From an uncultured Erysipelotrichaceae bacterium (GTDB lineage: Bacteria; Bacillota_I; Bacilli_A; Erysipelotrichales; Erysipelotrichaceae): a DNA stretch of 40,129 nt. This document shows, one piece after another, positions 1 through 9,868 of the stretch. Both the position numbers and the translations under genes were made by a program. The stretch's first letter is position 1. Every line of letters starts with the position of its first letter. The stretch is from positions 1 to 40,129 of the forward strand of contig CAZQJH010000001.1 in assembly GCA_964593515.1 (NCBI GenBank), written 5' to 3'. The notes under the pieces are model-generated. The model made no database searches, was not told the origin of the DNA, and worked only from the letters and a program-made list of their open reading frames with translations.

Positions 1-118
1 AAATAATTATGTGGTTAAAGTTTGTGAAAAATTTAATTTAAGAGATTGTGAAAAAAGCCTTAACTTTTACAAATACTAATAGTATAATTATAACGATAGG
101 AAAGCGAGGGTTCTGACA

Positions 119-1090
119 ATGATTAATAAACTTATCGAAAAAATCAAAGGAAAAGGAGTTAGAATTGTTTTCACTGAAGGTAGTGATGAACGTATTTTAG
201 AAGCTGCTGTACGTTTACATAAAGATAACATTTTAGTTCCTGTATTATTAGGAAACCGTGCCGAAATCTTAGGAGTAGCAAATGCTAAAGGTTTTGACGT
301 TGAAGGAATTGAATTATTAGATCCATATGAATATAAAAATATGGAAATGATGGTTGATAGAGTAATTAAATTACGTAAAGGTAAAATGGATGAAGAACAA
401 GCACGTGCTGCTTGTTTAAAAACTAATTTCTTCGGAACAATGTATGTTGAATTAGGTTGTGCTGATGGATTATTAGGTGGAGCTACTTATTCAACTGCTG
501 ATACAGTTCGTCCAGCTTTACAATTAATTAAAACTAAACCAGGAAGTTCAATTGTATCTAGTTGTTTCATTTTAGTTCGTGGTGAAGAACAATTAGTAAT
601 GGGAGATTGTTCAATTAATATTGAACCAAGTGCTGATGATTTAGTAGAAATTACTTTACAAACAGCTAAAACAGTACGTCAATTTGGAATTGAACCAAAT
701 GTAGTATTATTATCTTATTCAACTTTAGGAAGTGCTAAAGGGGCTTCAGTTACTAAAGTTAATGAAGCAGCTACACGTTTAAAACGTATGTCTTTAGACT
801 TTAATGTTGATGGAGAAATGCAATTTGACTGTGCTGTATCTGAAACAGTTGCGGCATTAAAAGCTCCAGGTTCTAGTGTAGCAGGTAAAGCTAATACTTT
901 CATTTTCCCTAACATTGATTCAGGTAACATTGGTTACAAAATTGCTTCACGTTTAGGTGGATATGAAGCTATTGGACCTATCTTACAAGGATTAAATGCA
1001 CCTATTAACGATTTATCTCGTGGATGTAATGCTGAAGAAGTTTACAAGATGGCAATCGTTACAGCTGCTCAAAAATTTATGGATATCTAA
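119..1090 (+). CDS. pta: phosphate acetyltransferase
   Basis: The 323-aa ORF has the typical short Pta layout (VFTEGSDERILEAA, GGATYSTADTVRPALQLIK, DCSINIEP, FIFPNIDSGNIGYKI). A terminator follows it. Confidence 0.9.
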   Translation: MINKLIEKIKGKGVRIVFTEGSDERILEAAVRLHKDNILVPVLLGNRAEILGVANAKGFDVEGIELLDPYEYKNMEMMVDRVIKLRKGKMDEEQARAACLKTNFFGTMYVELGCADGLLGGATYSTADTVRPALQLIKTKPGSSIVSSCFILVRGEEQLVMGDCSINIEPSADDLVEITLQTAKTVRQFGIEPNVVLLSYSTLGSAKGASVTKVNEAATRLKRMSLDFNVDGEMQFDCAVSETVAALKAPGSSVAGKANTFIFPNIDSGNIGYKIASRLGGYEAIGPILQGLNAPINDLSRGCNAEEVYKMAIVTAAQKFMDI

Positions 1091-1093
1091 TAA

Positions 1094-1119
1094 AATGTGT
1101 CTTTATGACACATTTTTTT
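1094..1119 (+). terminator. intrinsic terminator after pta
   Basis: AATGTGTC (1094-1101) pairs with GACACATT (1107-1114): an 8-bp stem with a 5-nt loop, followed by a T-run. Confidence 0.75.
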
Positions 1120-1220
1120 ATAACTTTCTTTTTTTAAAAACAAAAAATAGCCTGAAAATTAAAAAAAATTACGATTTTTTATAAAAAAATTCAAAAAGTT
1201 GCATTATTTTTTAAAAAAGG

Positions 1221-1249
1221 TTGTAAAGTGGAAAGAAGTTTAGTACAAT
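1221..1249 (+). promoter_or_regulatory. sigma-A-like promoter for the pur operon
   Basis: TTGTAA (1221-1226), a 17-nt spacer, then TACAAT (1244-1249). The inferred TSS would fall at or just inside the 5' strand of the leader helix. Confidence 0.4.
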
Positions 1250-1252
1250 GGA

Positions 1253-1374
1253 AGCGTATGAGAAATACGCAAATTTTAGTAAGTCTTACTTAAGGTCTTA
1301 AGATGAGTCATACGCTAAAAGGTTGTATTTATAAGCGTGCATTTTAAGCTATGGGCTTACAATGCACTTTTTTT
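1253..1374 (+). promoter_or_regulatory. structured purE leader with intrinsic terminator (riboswitch-like attenuator, class unassigned)
   Basis: AGCGTATGA (1253-1261) pairs with TCATACGCT (1308-1316) in a 9-bp helix. A competing local hairpin joins GCGTAT and ATACGC (1254-1270). A terminator stem spans 1337-1367 (12 bp, 1 mismatch) with a T7 run at 1368-1374, directly before the purE SD. Confidence 0.55.
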
Positions 1375-1395
1375 ATTATCAAGGAGGAAAAATCT

Positions 1396-1896
1396 ATGTG
1401 TGAAACAAAACCTTTGGTTGCAGTGGTGATGGGTTCTCGTTCTGATTTACCTACAATGCAAGCATGCTTCGATCAATTAAAAGAATTTGATATTCCATTT
1501 GTTGCATATGCATTATCTGCCCATCGTACCCCAAACGAAGTTATCGAATTAGCTGAAAATGCTAAGGATAAAGGAATTAAAGTGATTATTGCTGCGGCTG
1601 GAGGAGCTGCTCATTTAGGTGGAGTTATTGCTTCTTCAACAACCCTACCAGTAGTAGCAGTACCAATTCAAACTAGTGCTTTAGGTGGAATGGATTCATT
1701 ATTATCTACAGTACAAATGCCAGGAGGAATTCCAGTAGCTACTGTAGCAATTGGTAAAGCAGGAGCTAAAAATGCGGCAATTTTAGCGGCACAAATGATT
1801 GCTTTAAGCGATGAAACATTAGTGCAAAAATTAGTCGAATTTAAACAAGCAATGGCTGAAAAAGTGAAAAATGATGCAGTAATTGAAATAGCATAG
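1396..1896 (+). CDS. purE: 5-(carboxyamino)imidazole ribonucleotide mutase (class I PurE)
   Basis: Motifs VAVVMGSRSDLPTM and SAHRTP (class I type). I prefer the ATG at 1396, 8 nt after AAGGAGG (1381-1387). The 1351 start in the ORF track lies inside the terminator stem. Confidence 0.9.
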   Translation: MCETKPLVAVVMGSRSDLPTMQACFDQLKEFDIPFVAYALSAHRTPNEVIELAENAKDKGIKVIIAAAGGAAHLGGVIASSTTLPVVAVPIQTSALGGMDSLLSTVQMPGGIPVATVAIGKAGAKNAAILAAQMIALSDETLVQKLVEFKQAMAEKVKNDAVIEIA

Positions 1897-1909
1897 ATAG
1901 GAGATAAAG

Positions 1910-4900
1910 ATGAATAAACGTATTTTCGTTAAGAAAAAAGAAGCTTTTAGGGTTGAAGCTGATTCAATGTATCGTGAATTAAAACAAAACCTTAATTTAA
2001 CTACTTTAAGTGGTGTAACATTATATAACGTATATGATGTATTTAATTGTGATGATCAAGATATTGCTTTATTAAAAGCTAAAGTATTATCTGAAATTGT
2101 TACGGATGAAGTATTTGATGAAGTAGATTTAACTAATAAACAATATATTGCTTATGAATGCTTACCAGGACAATATGACCAAAGAGCAGATAGTGCCCAA
2201 CAATGTTTAATGTTATTAAATAATAAAGCAGATGTTGTAATTAAAAGTGGACGTATTGTTATTTTAGAAGGGGAAGTTAGTTTAGCTCAAATTGAAGATG
2301 TTAAAGGATACTTAATTAACCCGGTTGAAATGCGTGAAAAAGATTTAAATGTCTTAGAAAATGAAGAAGATGTGGAAATTGAACCAGTACCAGTTTTAGA
2401 AGGTTTCACAACTTTAAGTGTTGAAGGATTAGAAGCTTTACGTCAAGAACAAGGTCTTGCTATGACTTTAGCTGATTTACAACACGTTCAAAATTACTTT
2501 AAAGATGAAGAAAAACGTGATTTAACTTTAACTGAATTAAAAGTATTAGATACATACTGGTCTGACCACTGTCGTCATACTACTTTTGAAACAGTATTAA
2601 AATCAATTCAATTTGATAGTGCTAATTTCAATGAAGAATTACAAAAAGCTTATGATTTATATTTAGAAATGCGTAAAGATTTAGGACGTGAAGCAAAACC
2701 AGAAACGTTAATGGATATGGCTAGTATTTGTGGTAAATATTTACGTAAACATGGAAAATTAGATGACTTAGAAGTAAGTGATGAAATCAATGCTTGTTCA
2801 ATCGAAGTTAAAGTTGATGTTGATGGTGAAGAACAAGATTGGTTATTAATGTTTAAAAATGAAACACATAACCACCCAACGGAAATTGAACCATTTGGGG
2901 GAGCTAGTACTTGTGTAGGGGGAGCAATTCGTGACCCATTATCAGGAAGAAGTTATGTATATCAAGCAATGCGTATTACTGGAGCCGGTGATATTACTAA
3001 AGATTTAAAAGATACTTTAGCTAATAAATTACCACAATCACGTATTTCTAAAGGAGCTGCTAATGGTTATTCTTCTTATGGTAACCAAATTGGTTTAGCT
3101 ACTACTTATGTTAAAGAAATTTATGATGATGGTTATGTAGCTAAACGTATGGAAGTAGGAGCGGTAGTTGGAGCTGCCCCTAAAGCTAATGTTGTACGTA
3201 AAAAACCAGCGGCTGGTGATATTGTTGTTTTAATTGGAGGAGCTACTGGACGTGATGGAGTTGGAGGAGCTACTGGTTCTAGTAAAGAACATAATGATTC
3301 TTCTTTAACTAAATGTTCAAGTGAAGTTCAAAAAGGAAATGCCCCAATTGAACGTAAATTACAACGTTTATTTAGAAATCCAAACTGTACAAGATTAATT
3401 AAAAAAGCTAATGACTTTGGAGCTGGAGGAGTTAGTGTTGCTGTTGGTGAATTAGCTGATGGTTTAATTATTGACTTAGATCAAGTTCCAGTAAAATATA
3501 AAGGTTTATCAGGTACTGAATTAGCAATCAGTGAATCACAAGAACGTATGGCAGTTTTAATTGAAGCTAAAGACTTTGATGAATTTAAACAATATGCTTA
3601 TGAAGAAAACTTAGATGCTTGTATTGTAGCTAAAGTTAGTGAAGAACCTCGTTTAGTAATGTATTTCCAAGGAAATAAAATTGTTGATATGTCACGTGCT
3701 TTCTTAGATACTAATGGAGTTAGAGGAATGCAAGATGTAGTTATTAAAGCTGGATTAGAAAGTGTTAATCCATTTAAAGCTAGCGTTGATAACATTCGTG
3801 ATAACTTACAACAAGCTAATGTGGCATCACAAATTGGAATGGCCGAAATGTTTGATGCTTCAATTGGTAAATCAACGGTATTAATGCCATTTGGAGGTAA
3901 ATATCAATTAAGTGAAACTGAAGGTTCAGTACAAAAATTACCAGTATTTGGTTTCACTAATACATGTAGTGTGATGACTCATGGATATAATCCAGCTATT
4001 TCTAAATATTCACCATATTTAGGAGCTGCTTATTCAGTTGTGGAAGCTTTAGCTAGAGTTACTGCTTTAGGAGCTGATTACAAAACATGTCGTTTATCAA
4101 ACCAAGAATACTTTGAACGTTTAAATGATGATAGTGAAAAATGGGGAAAACCAACTCAAGCTTTATTAGGATTAATTGAAGCTCAAATGGCTTTTGAAAC
4201 TCCAGCTATCGGTGGTAAAGACTCAATGTCAGGTACTTTTAAAGATATTAGTGTACCACCTACATTAATTACTTTTGCGGTAACATGCGAAAAAGTAGAT
4301 AATATTATTTCAACTGAATTAAAAAATACTAATTCATACTTATACTATGTAAAACATACACCTAAAGCTAATATGGCAGTTAACTATGATCAAGTTAAAG
4401 CTAACTTCGATAAAGTAAGAAAAGTTATGTTAGAAGGTAAAGTTTTAAGTGCTGCTAGTGTTAAATTCGGTGGTATTAGTGAAACTTTATGTAAGATGAG
4501 TTTCGGTAATAAGATTGGATTAAATGTTCAAACTAGTGAAAACTTATATGATTTATCAATTGGTTCAATTATTTTAGAAACAAGTGAAAAAATTGATGAT
4601 GCTGATTTCATCTTATTAGGTACAACTAATGATAGTAAAGAAATTTGCTTAAATAATGAAACAATTGCTATTGATGAAGCAATTGATGTATGGTGTGCTA
4701 AATATGATAAATTATATCCAATGATTACCGATAAAGATTTAGGTAAGATTTCAACACCATTATATGTTGATGATAGTGAAAAACATGCAACTAAAAAATA
4801 TGATAAAGTAAAAGTTTTAATTCCAGTATTCCCTGGTCAAAACTGTGAATATGATACTAAACAACAATTTGAAAGAGCTGGTGGAGATGTGGAAATTTAT

Positions 4901-5605
4901 GTCTTCAACAACCTTAATGTTGAAAGTATTAAAAAATCAATTGATGAATTAGCGGCTAAAATTAAAGAAGCACAAATCTTAATGGTTGTTGGTGGATTCT
5001 CAAGTGGAGATGAACCAGATGGTAGTGGTAAATTTATTGCCAACATTTTATCAAATGCAACAGTTAATGCTGCTGTTCAAGAAATGTTAGCTAATGATGG
5101 ATTAATCTTAGGTATTTGTAATGGATTCCAAGCTTTAATTAAATCAGGATTATTACCATATGGTAATATTGAAGAATTAAATGTTGATTCACCTACTTTA
5201 TTTAGAAATAATATTAACCGTCACGTATCACATATTGCTAATACTAGAGTGGTATCAAATAAATCACCTTGGTTAAAAGATTTAAATCCAGGTGATACAT
5301 ACTCAATTGCTATGTCTCATGGAGAAGGTAAATTTGTTTGTAGCGAAGAAGTTGCCCAACAATTATTTGAAAATGGACAAGTTGCAACACAATATGTTGA
5401 TTTAGATGGTGATCCAACTATGAATGGAGCTTATAACTTAAATGGTTCTACTTATGCAATTGAAGGTATTACATCATTAGATGGAAGAATCTTCGGTAAG
5501 ATGGGACACAGTGAACGTTATGAAGATGGATTATTCAAAAATATCGATGGTGAAAAAATGCAAAATATTTTCCGTAATGGAATTAACTACTTTAAAAACA
5601 GATAG
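1910..5605 (+). CDS. purL: phosphoribosylformylglycinamidine synthase, single-chain large form
   Basis: 1231 aa. The FGAM synthase core ([20 protein letters not shown]) is fused to a C-terminal glutamine amidotransferase ([15 protein letters not shown]). SD is AGGAGA. Confidence 0.95.
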   Translation: MNKRIFVKKKEAFRVEADSMYRELKQNLNLTTLSGVTLYNVYDVFNCDDQDIALLKAKVLSEIVTDEVFDEVDLTNKQYIAYECLPGQYDQRADSAQQCLMLLNNKADVVIKSGRIVILEGEVSLAQIEDVKGYLINPVEMREKDLNVLENEEDVEIEPVPVLEGFTTLSVEGLEALRQEQGLAMTLADLQHVQNYFKDEEKRDLTLTELKVLDTYWSDHCRHTTFETVLKSIQFDSANFNEELQKAYDLYLEMRKDLGREAKPETLMDMASICGKYLRKHGKLDDLEVSDEINACSIEVKVDVDGEEQDWLLMFKNETHNHPTEIEPFGGASTCVGGAIRDPLSGRSYVYQAMRITGAGDITKDLKDTLANKLPQSRISKGAANGYSSYGNQIGLATTYVKEIYDDGYVAKRMEVGAVVGAAPKANVVRKKPAAGDIVVLIGGATGRDGVGGATGSSKEHNDSSLTKCSSEVQKGNAPIERKLQRLFRNPNCTRLIKKANDFGAGGVSVAVGELADGLIIDLDQVPVKYKGLSGTELAISESQERMAVLIEAKDFDEFKQYAYEENLDACIVAKVSEEPRLVMYFQGNKIVDMSRAFLDTNGVRGMQDVVIKAGLESVNPFKASVDNIRDNLQQANVASQIGMAEMFDASIGKSTVLMPFGGKYQLSETEGSVQKLPVFGFTNTCSVMTHGYNPAISKYSPYLGAAYSVVEALARVTALGADYKTCRLSNQEYFERLNDDSEKWGKPTQALLGLIEAQMAFETPAIGGKDSMSGTFKDISVPPTLITFAVTCEKVDNIISTELKNTNSYLYYVKHTPKANMAVNYDQVKANFDKVRKVMLEGKVLSAASVKFGGISETLCKMSFGNKIGLNVQTSENLYDLSIGSIILETSEKIDDADFILLGTTNDSKEICLNNETIAIDEAIDVWCAKYDKLYPMITDKDLGKISTPLYVDDSEKHATKKYDKVKVLIPVFPGQNCEYDTKQQFERAGGDVEIYVFNNLNVESIKKSIDELAAKIKEAQILMVVGGFSSGDEPDGSGKFIANILSNATVNAAVQEMLANDGLILGICNGFQALIKSGLLPYGNIEELNVDSPTLFRNNINRHVSHIANTRVVSNKSPWLKDLNPGDTYSIAMSHGEGKFVCSEEVAQQLFENGQVATQYVDLDGDPTMNGAYNLNGSTYAIEGITSLDGRIFGKMGHSERYEDGLFKNIDGEKMQNIFRNGINYFKNR

Positions 5606-5616
5606 GAGATACAATA

Positions 5617-6651
5617 ATGAGTGAAAAATATAGAGAAGCTGGAGTCGATTTAGAAGCCGGTTATGAATCAGTGCGTTTAATTAAAAGTCATGTCGCACGT
5701 ACTAAAGTAAAAGGAGCAATTGATTCAATTGGTGCTTTTGGAGGAATGTTTGATTTATCAGCATATAATATGAAAGAACCAGTTTTAGTATCAGGAACTG
5801 ATGGAGTTGGTACTAAATTAATGTTAGCTTTTGAAATGGATAAACATGACACAATTGGTATTGATGCGGTAGCAATGTGTGTTAATGATGTTTTAGTTCA
5901 AGGAGCAATGCCTATTTTCTTCTTAGATTACTTAGCTGTAGGTAAAAACGAACCAAAGAAAATTGAACAATTAGTTAAAGGGGTAGCAGATGGATGTGTA
6001 ATGTCTGAATGTGCCTTAATTGGTGGAGAAACAGCTGAAATGCCTGATATGTATGATGTTAATCATTATGATATTGCTGGTTTCTGTGTAGGAGCTGTTG
6101 ATAAATGTAACTTATTAGATGGACAAAAAATTGCTCCAGGACAAGTATTAGTTGGATTACCTAGTAGTGGAGTTCACTCTAATGGTTTCTCATTAGTTCG
6201 TAAAGTATTATTAAAAGATGCTAAGTTAGATTTACATCAAACTTATGATGGACTTGATGGACAATTATTAGGGGATGTTTTATTAACTCCAACTAAAATT
6301 TATGTTAAAGCAATTAAACATTTATTAAACAAAGGAATTGATATTAAAGGAATGTCACACATTACTGGTGGAGGATTCTATGAAAATGTTCCTAGAATGT
6401 TGAAAGAAGGACAAGGGGTAACAATTGACTTAAATTCATACCCACGTAAACCAATTTTTGATTTCATTGCGAAAACTGGAGATATTGAAGTGAAAGAAAT
6501 GTGTAATGTCTTCAATATGGGAATTGGATTTATGATGGCTTTAGATCCAAATGATGTTGATACTGTTTTAAATGAATTGAAATCAATTGGTGAAGATGCT
6601 TATGTTATTGGGGAAGTAACTACTTCTGGAAGTGTGGATATCAAATGGTAA
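5617..6651 (+). CDS. purM: phosphoribosylformylglycinamidine cyclo-ligase (AIR synthetase)
   Basis: 344 aa with [17 protein letters not shown] and HITGGG motifs. Fits the operon context. Confidence 0.95.
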   Translation: MSEKYREAGVDLEAGYESVRLIKSHVARTKVKGAIDSIGAFGGMFDLSAYNMKEPVLVSGTDGVGTKLMLAFEMDKHDTIGIDAVAMCVNDVLVQGAMPIFFLDYLAVGKNEPKKIEQLVKGVADGCVMSECALIGGETAEMPDMYDVNHYDIAGFCVGAVDKCNLLDGQKIAPGQVLVGLPSSGVHSNGFSLVRKVLLKDAKLDLHQTYDGLDGQLLGDVLLTPTKIYVKAIKHLLNKGIDIKGMSHITGGGFYENVPRMLKEGQGVTIDLNSYPRKPIFDFIAKTGDIEVKEMCNVFNMGIGFMMALDPNDVDTVLNELKSIGEDAYVIGEVTTSGSVDIKW

Positions 6652-7229
6652 AAATAGCTATTTTTGCTTCAGGTAGTGGAACTAACTTTGAAAATATTAT
6701 TAATGCAATCAACAATAAAACAATTCACGACATTAGTTGTGAATTGTTAGTTGTTGATAAAGAAAATGCTTATGCAATCGAAAGAGCTAAAAAGTTAGGA
6801 ATTGAATGGGTTTATGTTAATCCTAAAGCTTATGAAAATAAAGAAGCATATGAAACTTATATTATGAGCTTATTACAAGCTAAAGGAATTGATTTAATTG
6901 TTTTAGCTGGTTATATGCGTTATATTGGTCAAGTATTACTAACTAATTATCCTGATCGTATTATTAATATTCATCCAGCTTATTTACCTTCATTCCCTGG
7001 AGCTCATGGGATTTTAGATGCTTATGAAGCTAAAGTGGAATATAGTGGTGTAAGTGTACATTATGTTGATGAAGGTGTTGATACCGGTGAAATTATTATG
7101 CAAGAAAAGGTTAAATTAGAACCTAGTTATACTTTAGAAGCATTTGAAGAAGCAATTCATGCAAAAGAATATGATTTATATCCACGTGCATTACAATATG
7201 TATGTGATAAGATAAAGGAGGAATGCTAA
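6645..7229 (+). CDS. purN: phosphoribosylglycinamide formyltransferase
   Basis: 194 aa with [25 protein letters not shown] and [14 protein letters not shown]. The start overlaps the purM stop. Confidence 0.92.
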   Translation: MVKIAIFASGSGTNFENIINAINNKTIHDISCELLVVDKENAYAIERAKKLGIEWVYVNPKAYENKEAYETYIMSLLQAKGIDLIVLAGYMRYIGQVLLTNYPDRIINIHPAYLPSFPGAHGILDAYEAKVEYSGVSVHYVDEGVDTGEIIMQEKVKLEPSYTLEAFEEAIHAKEYDLYPRALQYVCDKIKEEC

Positions 7230-8756
7230 ATGAAAAGAGCATTAGTAAGTGTATCAGATAAAACTAATTTAGTTGAATTTGTGTCTGGTTTAGTTGAATT
7301 AGGATATGAAATTATTTCAACTGGTGGAACTAAAAAAGCTTTAGAAGCAGCTGGTATTAAAACCATTGGAATTAGTGAAATCACCGGATTTCCTGAAATT
7401 ATGGATGGACGTGTAAAAACATTACATCCTAAAGTACATGGAGCTTTATTATGTGTTAGAGATAATCCTGAACATGTAGCTCAACTTAAAGAATTAAATA
7501 TTGACTATATTGATTTAGTATGTGTTAACTTATATCCATTTAAAGAAACAGTTCAAAAAGAAGGAGTAACTCACGAAGAAATCATTGAAAATATTGATAT
7601 CGGTGGTCCTAGTATGTTACGTAGTGCTTCTAAAAACTATGCTTCAATTCCCGTAATTGTTGATCCTAACGATTACGAAATGGTATTAACTGAATTAAGA
7701 AATGGTGATACAACATTCGCAACAAGAGAAAAATTAGCTGCTAAAGTATTCCGTCATACTGCTAGTTATGATGCAATGATTGCGGATTACTTAACTAAGA
7801 AAACTGATGAAAAATATCCAGAAAAATTAACAATCACTTTTGATAAAGTTCAAGATTTACGTTATGGAGAAAACCCTCATCAATCAGCAGCTTTCTATAA
7901 AGCAACTAAGAGTGCTTATTCAATTGCGAATGCTAAACAATTACATGGTAAAGAATTATCATACAATAATATCCAAGATGGAAATGCAGGTATTGAAATT
8001 TTAAAAGAATTCAAGGAAATTGCAGTAGTAGCTTTAAAACATATGAACCCATGTGGAGTTGGTTTAGGAAGTAGTTTAGAAGAAGCTTGGGATAAAGCTT
8101 ATGAAGCTGACCCAATTTCAATTTTTGGTGGAATTGTTGCTACTAACCAAGTTATTAATAAAGCTGTAGCAGAAAAAATGTCTAAGATTTTCTTAGAAAT
8201 CATTATTGCTCCAGGGTTTGACGATGATGCTTTTGAAATTTTAACGCAAAAGAAAAATATTCGTTTAATGCAATTAGATACTAGTTTAGATGTTAATTGT
8301 AAAGTTAAATATACTAATGTAAATGATGGTTTATTAGTTCAAGATATTGATGATCATGAATTATCAATTGATGATTTAGAATGTGTTACTGATCGTAAAC
8401 CAACTCAAGAAGAATTAGAACAAATGATGTTTGCTTGGAAAGTTGTGAAACATGTGAAATCTAATGCGATTGTATTAGTTAAAGACAATATGACAATTGG
8501 AGTGGGAGCTGGTCAAATGAACCGTGTTGGAGCAGCTAAGATTGCAATTGAACAAGCTGGTGAAAAAGCTAATGGTTCAATTATGGGTAGTGATGCTTTC
8601 TTCCCAATGCCAGATACGGTAGAAGCAGCTGTAGCAGCTGGAGTTAAAGCAATTATTCAACCAGGTGGTTCAATTAAAGATCAATTATCAATTGATGTAT
8701 GTAATGAACATGGTATTGCCATGGTCTTTACTAAAGTAAGACACTTTAAACACTAA
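7230..8756 (+). CDS. purH: bifunctional AICAR formyltransferase / IMP cyclohydrolase
   Basis: 508 aa with ALVSVSDKT, STGGT, RVKTLHPKVHG and KHxNPCG motifs. Confidence 0.95.
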   Translation: MKRALVSVSDKTNLVEFVSGLVELGYEIISTGGTKKALEAAGIKTIGISEITGFPEIMDGRVKTLHPKVHGALLCVRDNPEHVAQLKELNIDYIDLVCVNLYPFKETVQKEGVTHEEIIENIDIGGPSMLRSASKNYASIPVIVDPNDYEMVLTELRNGDTTFATREKLAAKVFRHTASYDAMIADYLTKKTDEKYPEKLTITFDKVQDLRYGENPHQSAAFYKATKSAYSIANAKQLHGKELSYNNIQDGNAGIEILKEFKEIAVVALKHMNPCGVGLGSSLEEAWDKAYEADPISIFGGIVATNQVINKAVAEKMSKIFLEIIIAPGFDDDAFEILTQKKNIRLMQLDTSLDVNCKVKYTNVNDGLLVQDIDDHELSIDDLECVTDRKPTQEELEQMMFAWKVVKHVKSNAIVLVKDNMTIGVGAGQMNRVGAAKIAIEQAGEKANGSIMGSDAFFPMPDTVEAAVAAGVKAIIQPGGSIKDQLSIDVCNEHGIAMVFTKVRHFKH

Positions 8757-8758
8757 TC

Positions 8759-8785
8759 AAAAGCTTGTATTATACAAGCTTTTTT
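8759..8785 (+). terminator. intrinsic terminator after purH
   Basis: AGCTTGTA (8762-8769) pairs with TACAAGCT (8773-8780). The stem is extended by A/T pairs and followed by T5. Confidence 0.8.
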
Positions 8786-8802
8786 ACCGTGTTAATCGCG
8801 AT

Positions 8803-8830
8803 TTGACAATCTGAACAATCGTGATATAAT
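8803..8830 (+). promoter_or_regulatory. strong sigma-A-like promoter of the 101-aa orphan gene
   Basis: TTGACA (8803-8808), a 16-nt spacer, then an extended -10 TGaTATAAT (8822-8830). Confidence 0.6.
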
Positions 8831-8863
8831 TAAAAAGAATTTGAAATAGAGGAGAGATGAATT

Positions 8864-9169
8864 ATGGCAAAATGGGATGTTGCGCAATATGTTGATGTAA
8901 TTAACGCTAAGAAATTAGATGCACATAACAAAGAATGGTTATATATTGAAGTAAATGCAAAAGATTTATTAGAAGAATGTGAAGCAGGAGTTAAAAACTT
9001 AAATGTTTGTTGTAAAGCTATTCTTCAAACAATGCTTGAAGGTGATTACTTCGTGGTAGAACCTAAAAACCGTAGTAAATGTGCTGGAACTTTAACGGTT
9101 CGTTATTACTGTGACAACTTAGATCCAAGTCGTCGTACATATGCTGAAGTAGCAAAAGAAACTAAATAA
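8864..9169 (+). CDS. hypothetical protein, 101 aa, no family recognised
   Basis: The ORF has SD GGAGAG upstream, its own consensus promoter and its own terminator. It has 5 Cys and no TM segment. I recognise no motif. Confidence 0.6.
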   Translation: MAKWDVAQYVDVINAKKLDAHNKEWLYIEVNAKDLLEECEAGVKNLNVCCKAILQTMLEGDYFVVEPKNRSKCAGTLTVRYYCDNLDPSRRTYAEVAKETK

Positions 9170-9170
9170 A

Positions 9171-9204
9171 AAAAGGTGCTGTTTTTTAAAACAGTACCTT
9201 TTTA
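9171..9204. terminator. bidirectional intrinsic terminator
   Basis: GGTGCTGTTT (9175-9184) pairs with AAACAGTACC (9189-9198). An A-run lies upstream and a T-run downstream. Confidence 0.75.
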
Positions 9205-9305
9205 TTTAGTTATTTAATTGTGTCACATACTTCATTTAAGATATAATCACCACTAATACCACAAGGTAAATCAGGTAAGATTTCATATTTGTTTTTGTAT
9301 TCACC

Positions 9306-9354
9306 AAAAAAAGAACTATCTTAATGCAAATAAAGCATAAGATAGTTCTTTTTA
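9306..9354 (-). terminator. intrinsic terminator after mscL (also hairpin-plus-T on the + strand)
   Basis: AAGAACTATCTTA (9311-9323) pairs with TAAGATAGTTCTT (9338-9350). A7 lies on the + side, which is T7 on the - strand. Confidence 0.75.
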
Positions 9355-9357
9355 TAA

Positions 9358-9810
9358 CTAATTTAAATCACTTGTACAGTGTGGACATTTACTAGCATTA
9401 ATGTCGATTTCACTCTTACAAAATGGACATACTTTAGTAGTTGGTGCAGCTGGTGCTTCTTCTTTATTATTTTTACGAGCTAAACTATTCATAGCTTTAA
9501 CCATCACAAAAATAATAAAAGCCATAATTAAGAAGTTAATTACTTGAGTAATAAATACTCCATAATTTAAAGTTGCTGCTCCAGCTTCAATTGCTTGAGC
9601 TAAAGTGTCATAATGTTGACCATTTAAAGCGATGAACCAGTTTTCGAAATTAATTCCTCCAGTAACTAAAGTAATGATTGGCATTACTACATCATTAACT
9701 AAGGAAGAAACAATTCCTTGAAAGGCTCCCCCAATGATAACCCCTACCGCAAGATCTAGGACGTTACCACGCATAATAAATTCCTTAAATTCTTTGATAA
9801 ATGATGACAT
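9358..9810 (-). CDS. mscL: large-conductance mechanosensitive channel MscL with C-terminal zinc-ribbon extension
   Basis: N-terminus FKEFIMRGNVLDLAVGVIIGGAF and two TM helices, as in MscL. The tail is CPFCKSEIDINASKCPHC (CxxC-x11-CxxC). Confidence 0.9.
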   Translation of the reverse strand: MSSFIKEFKEFIMRGNVLDLAVGVIIGGAFQGIVSSLVNDVVMPIITLVTGGINFENWFIALNGQHYDTLAQAIEAGAATLNYGVFITQVINFLIMAFIIFVMVKAMNSLARKNNKEEAPAAPTTKVCPFCKSEIDINASKCPHCTSDLN

Positions 9811-9868
9811 ATGAAATCCCCTTTCTTATTAGTTTAAGTATATAATAAAATAATGGATTTGTAAAAGA

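Noticed and set aside
996-1184. Same-strand out-of-frame ORFs: 996-1184 (pta 3' end and terminator), 11984-12172 (in gpmI), 15686-15880 (in secA) and 37156-37353 (in fusA).
   Set aside because: They overlap well-supported genes in another frame, have no ribosome-binding sites, and their sequences are implausible for real proteins. The one at 996-1184 runs through an intrinsic terminator.
1253-1316. Calling the purE leader a canonical guanine/adenine riboswitch.
   Set aside because: The context is right, but I could not locate the conserved junction nucleotides or 7-bp P2/P3 stems with complementary loops. The internal hairpins are only 4-5 AT-rich base pairs. I left it as unassigned, pending a covariance-model search.
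1351-1395. The N-terminal extension of purE given by the ORF track (MGLQCTFFIIKEEKS...).
   Set aside because: The 1351 ATG lies in the loop of the leader terminator hairpin, so the extension would be translated through the hairpin's 3' arm and T-run. The AAGGAGG SD at 1381-1387 serves the ATG at 1396, which gives a normal PurE N-terminus. I rejected similar upstream starts for the M23 peptidase (18781 GTG), ftsE (20196 GTG) and the SPFH gene (22785).
9205-9312. A possible 3' gene remnant on the - strand between the two terminators. It translates as ...GEYKNKYEILPDLPCGISGDYILNEVCDTIK* and ends next to the bidirectional terminator.
   Set aside because: The open frame is only about 36 codons, has no start codon or SD, and begins inside the mscL terminator. 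I recognise no homology. It could be a decayed gene fragment, but the evidence is too thin to call a pseudogene. A tblastn/blastx search of 9200-9320 would settle it.
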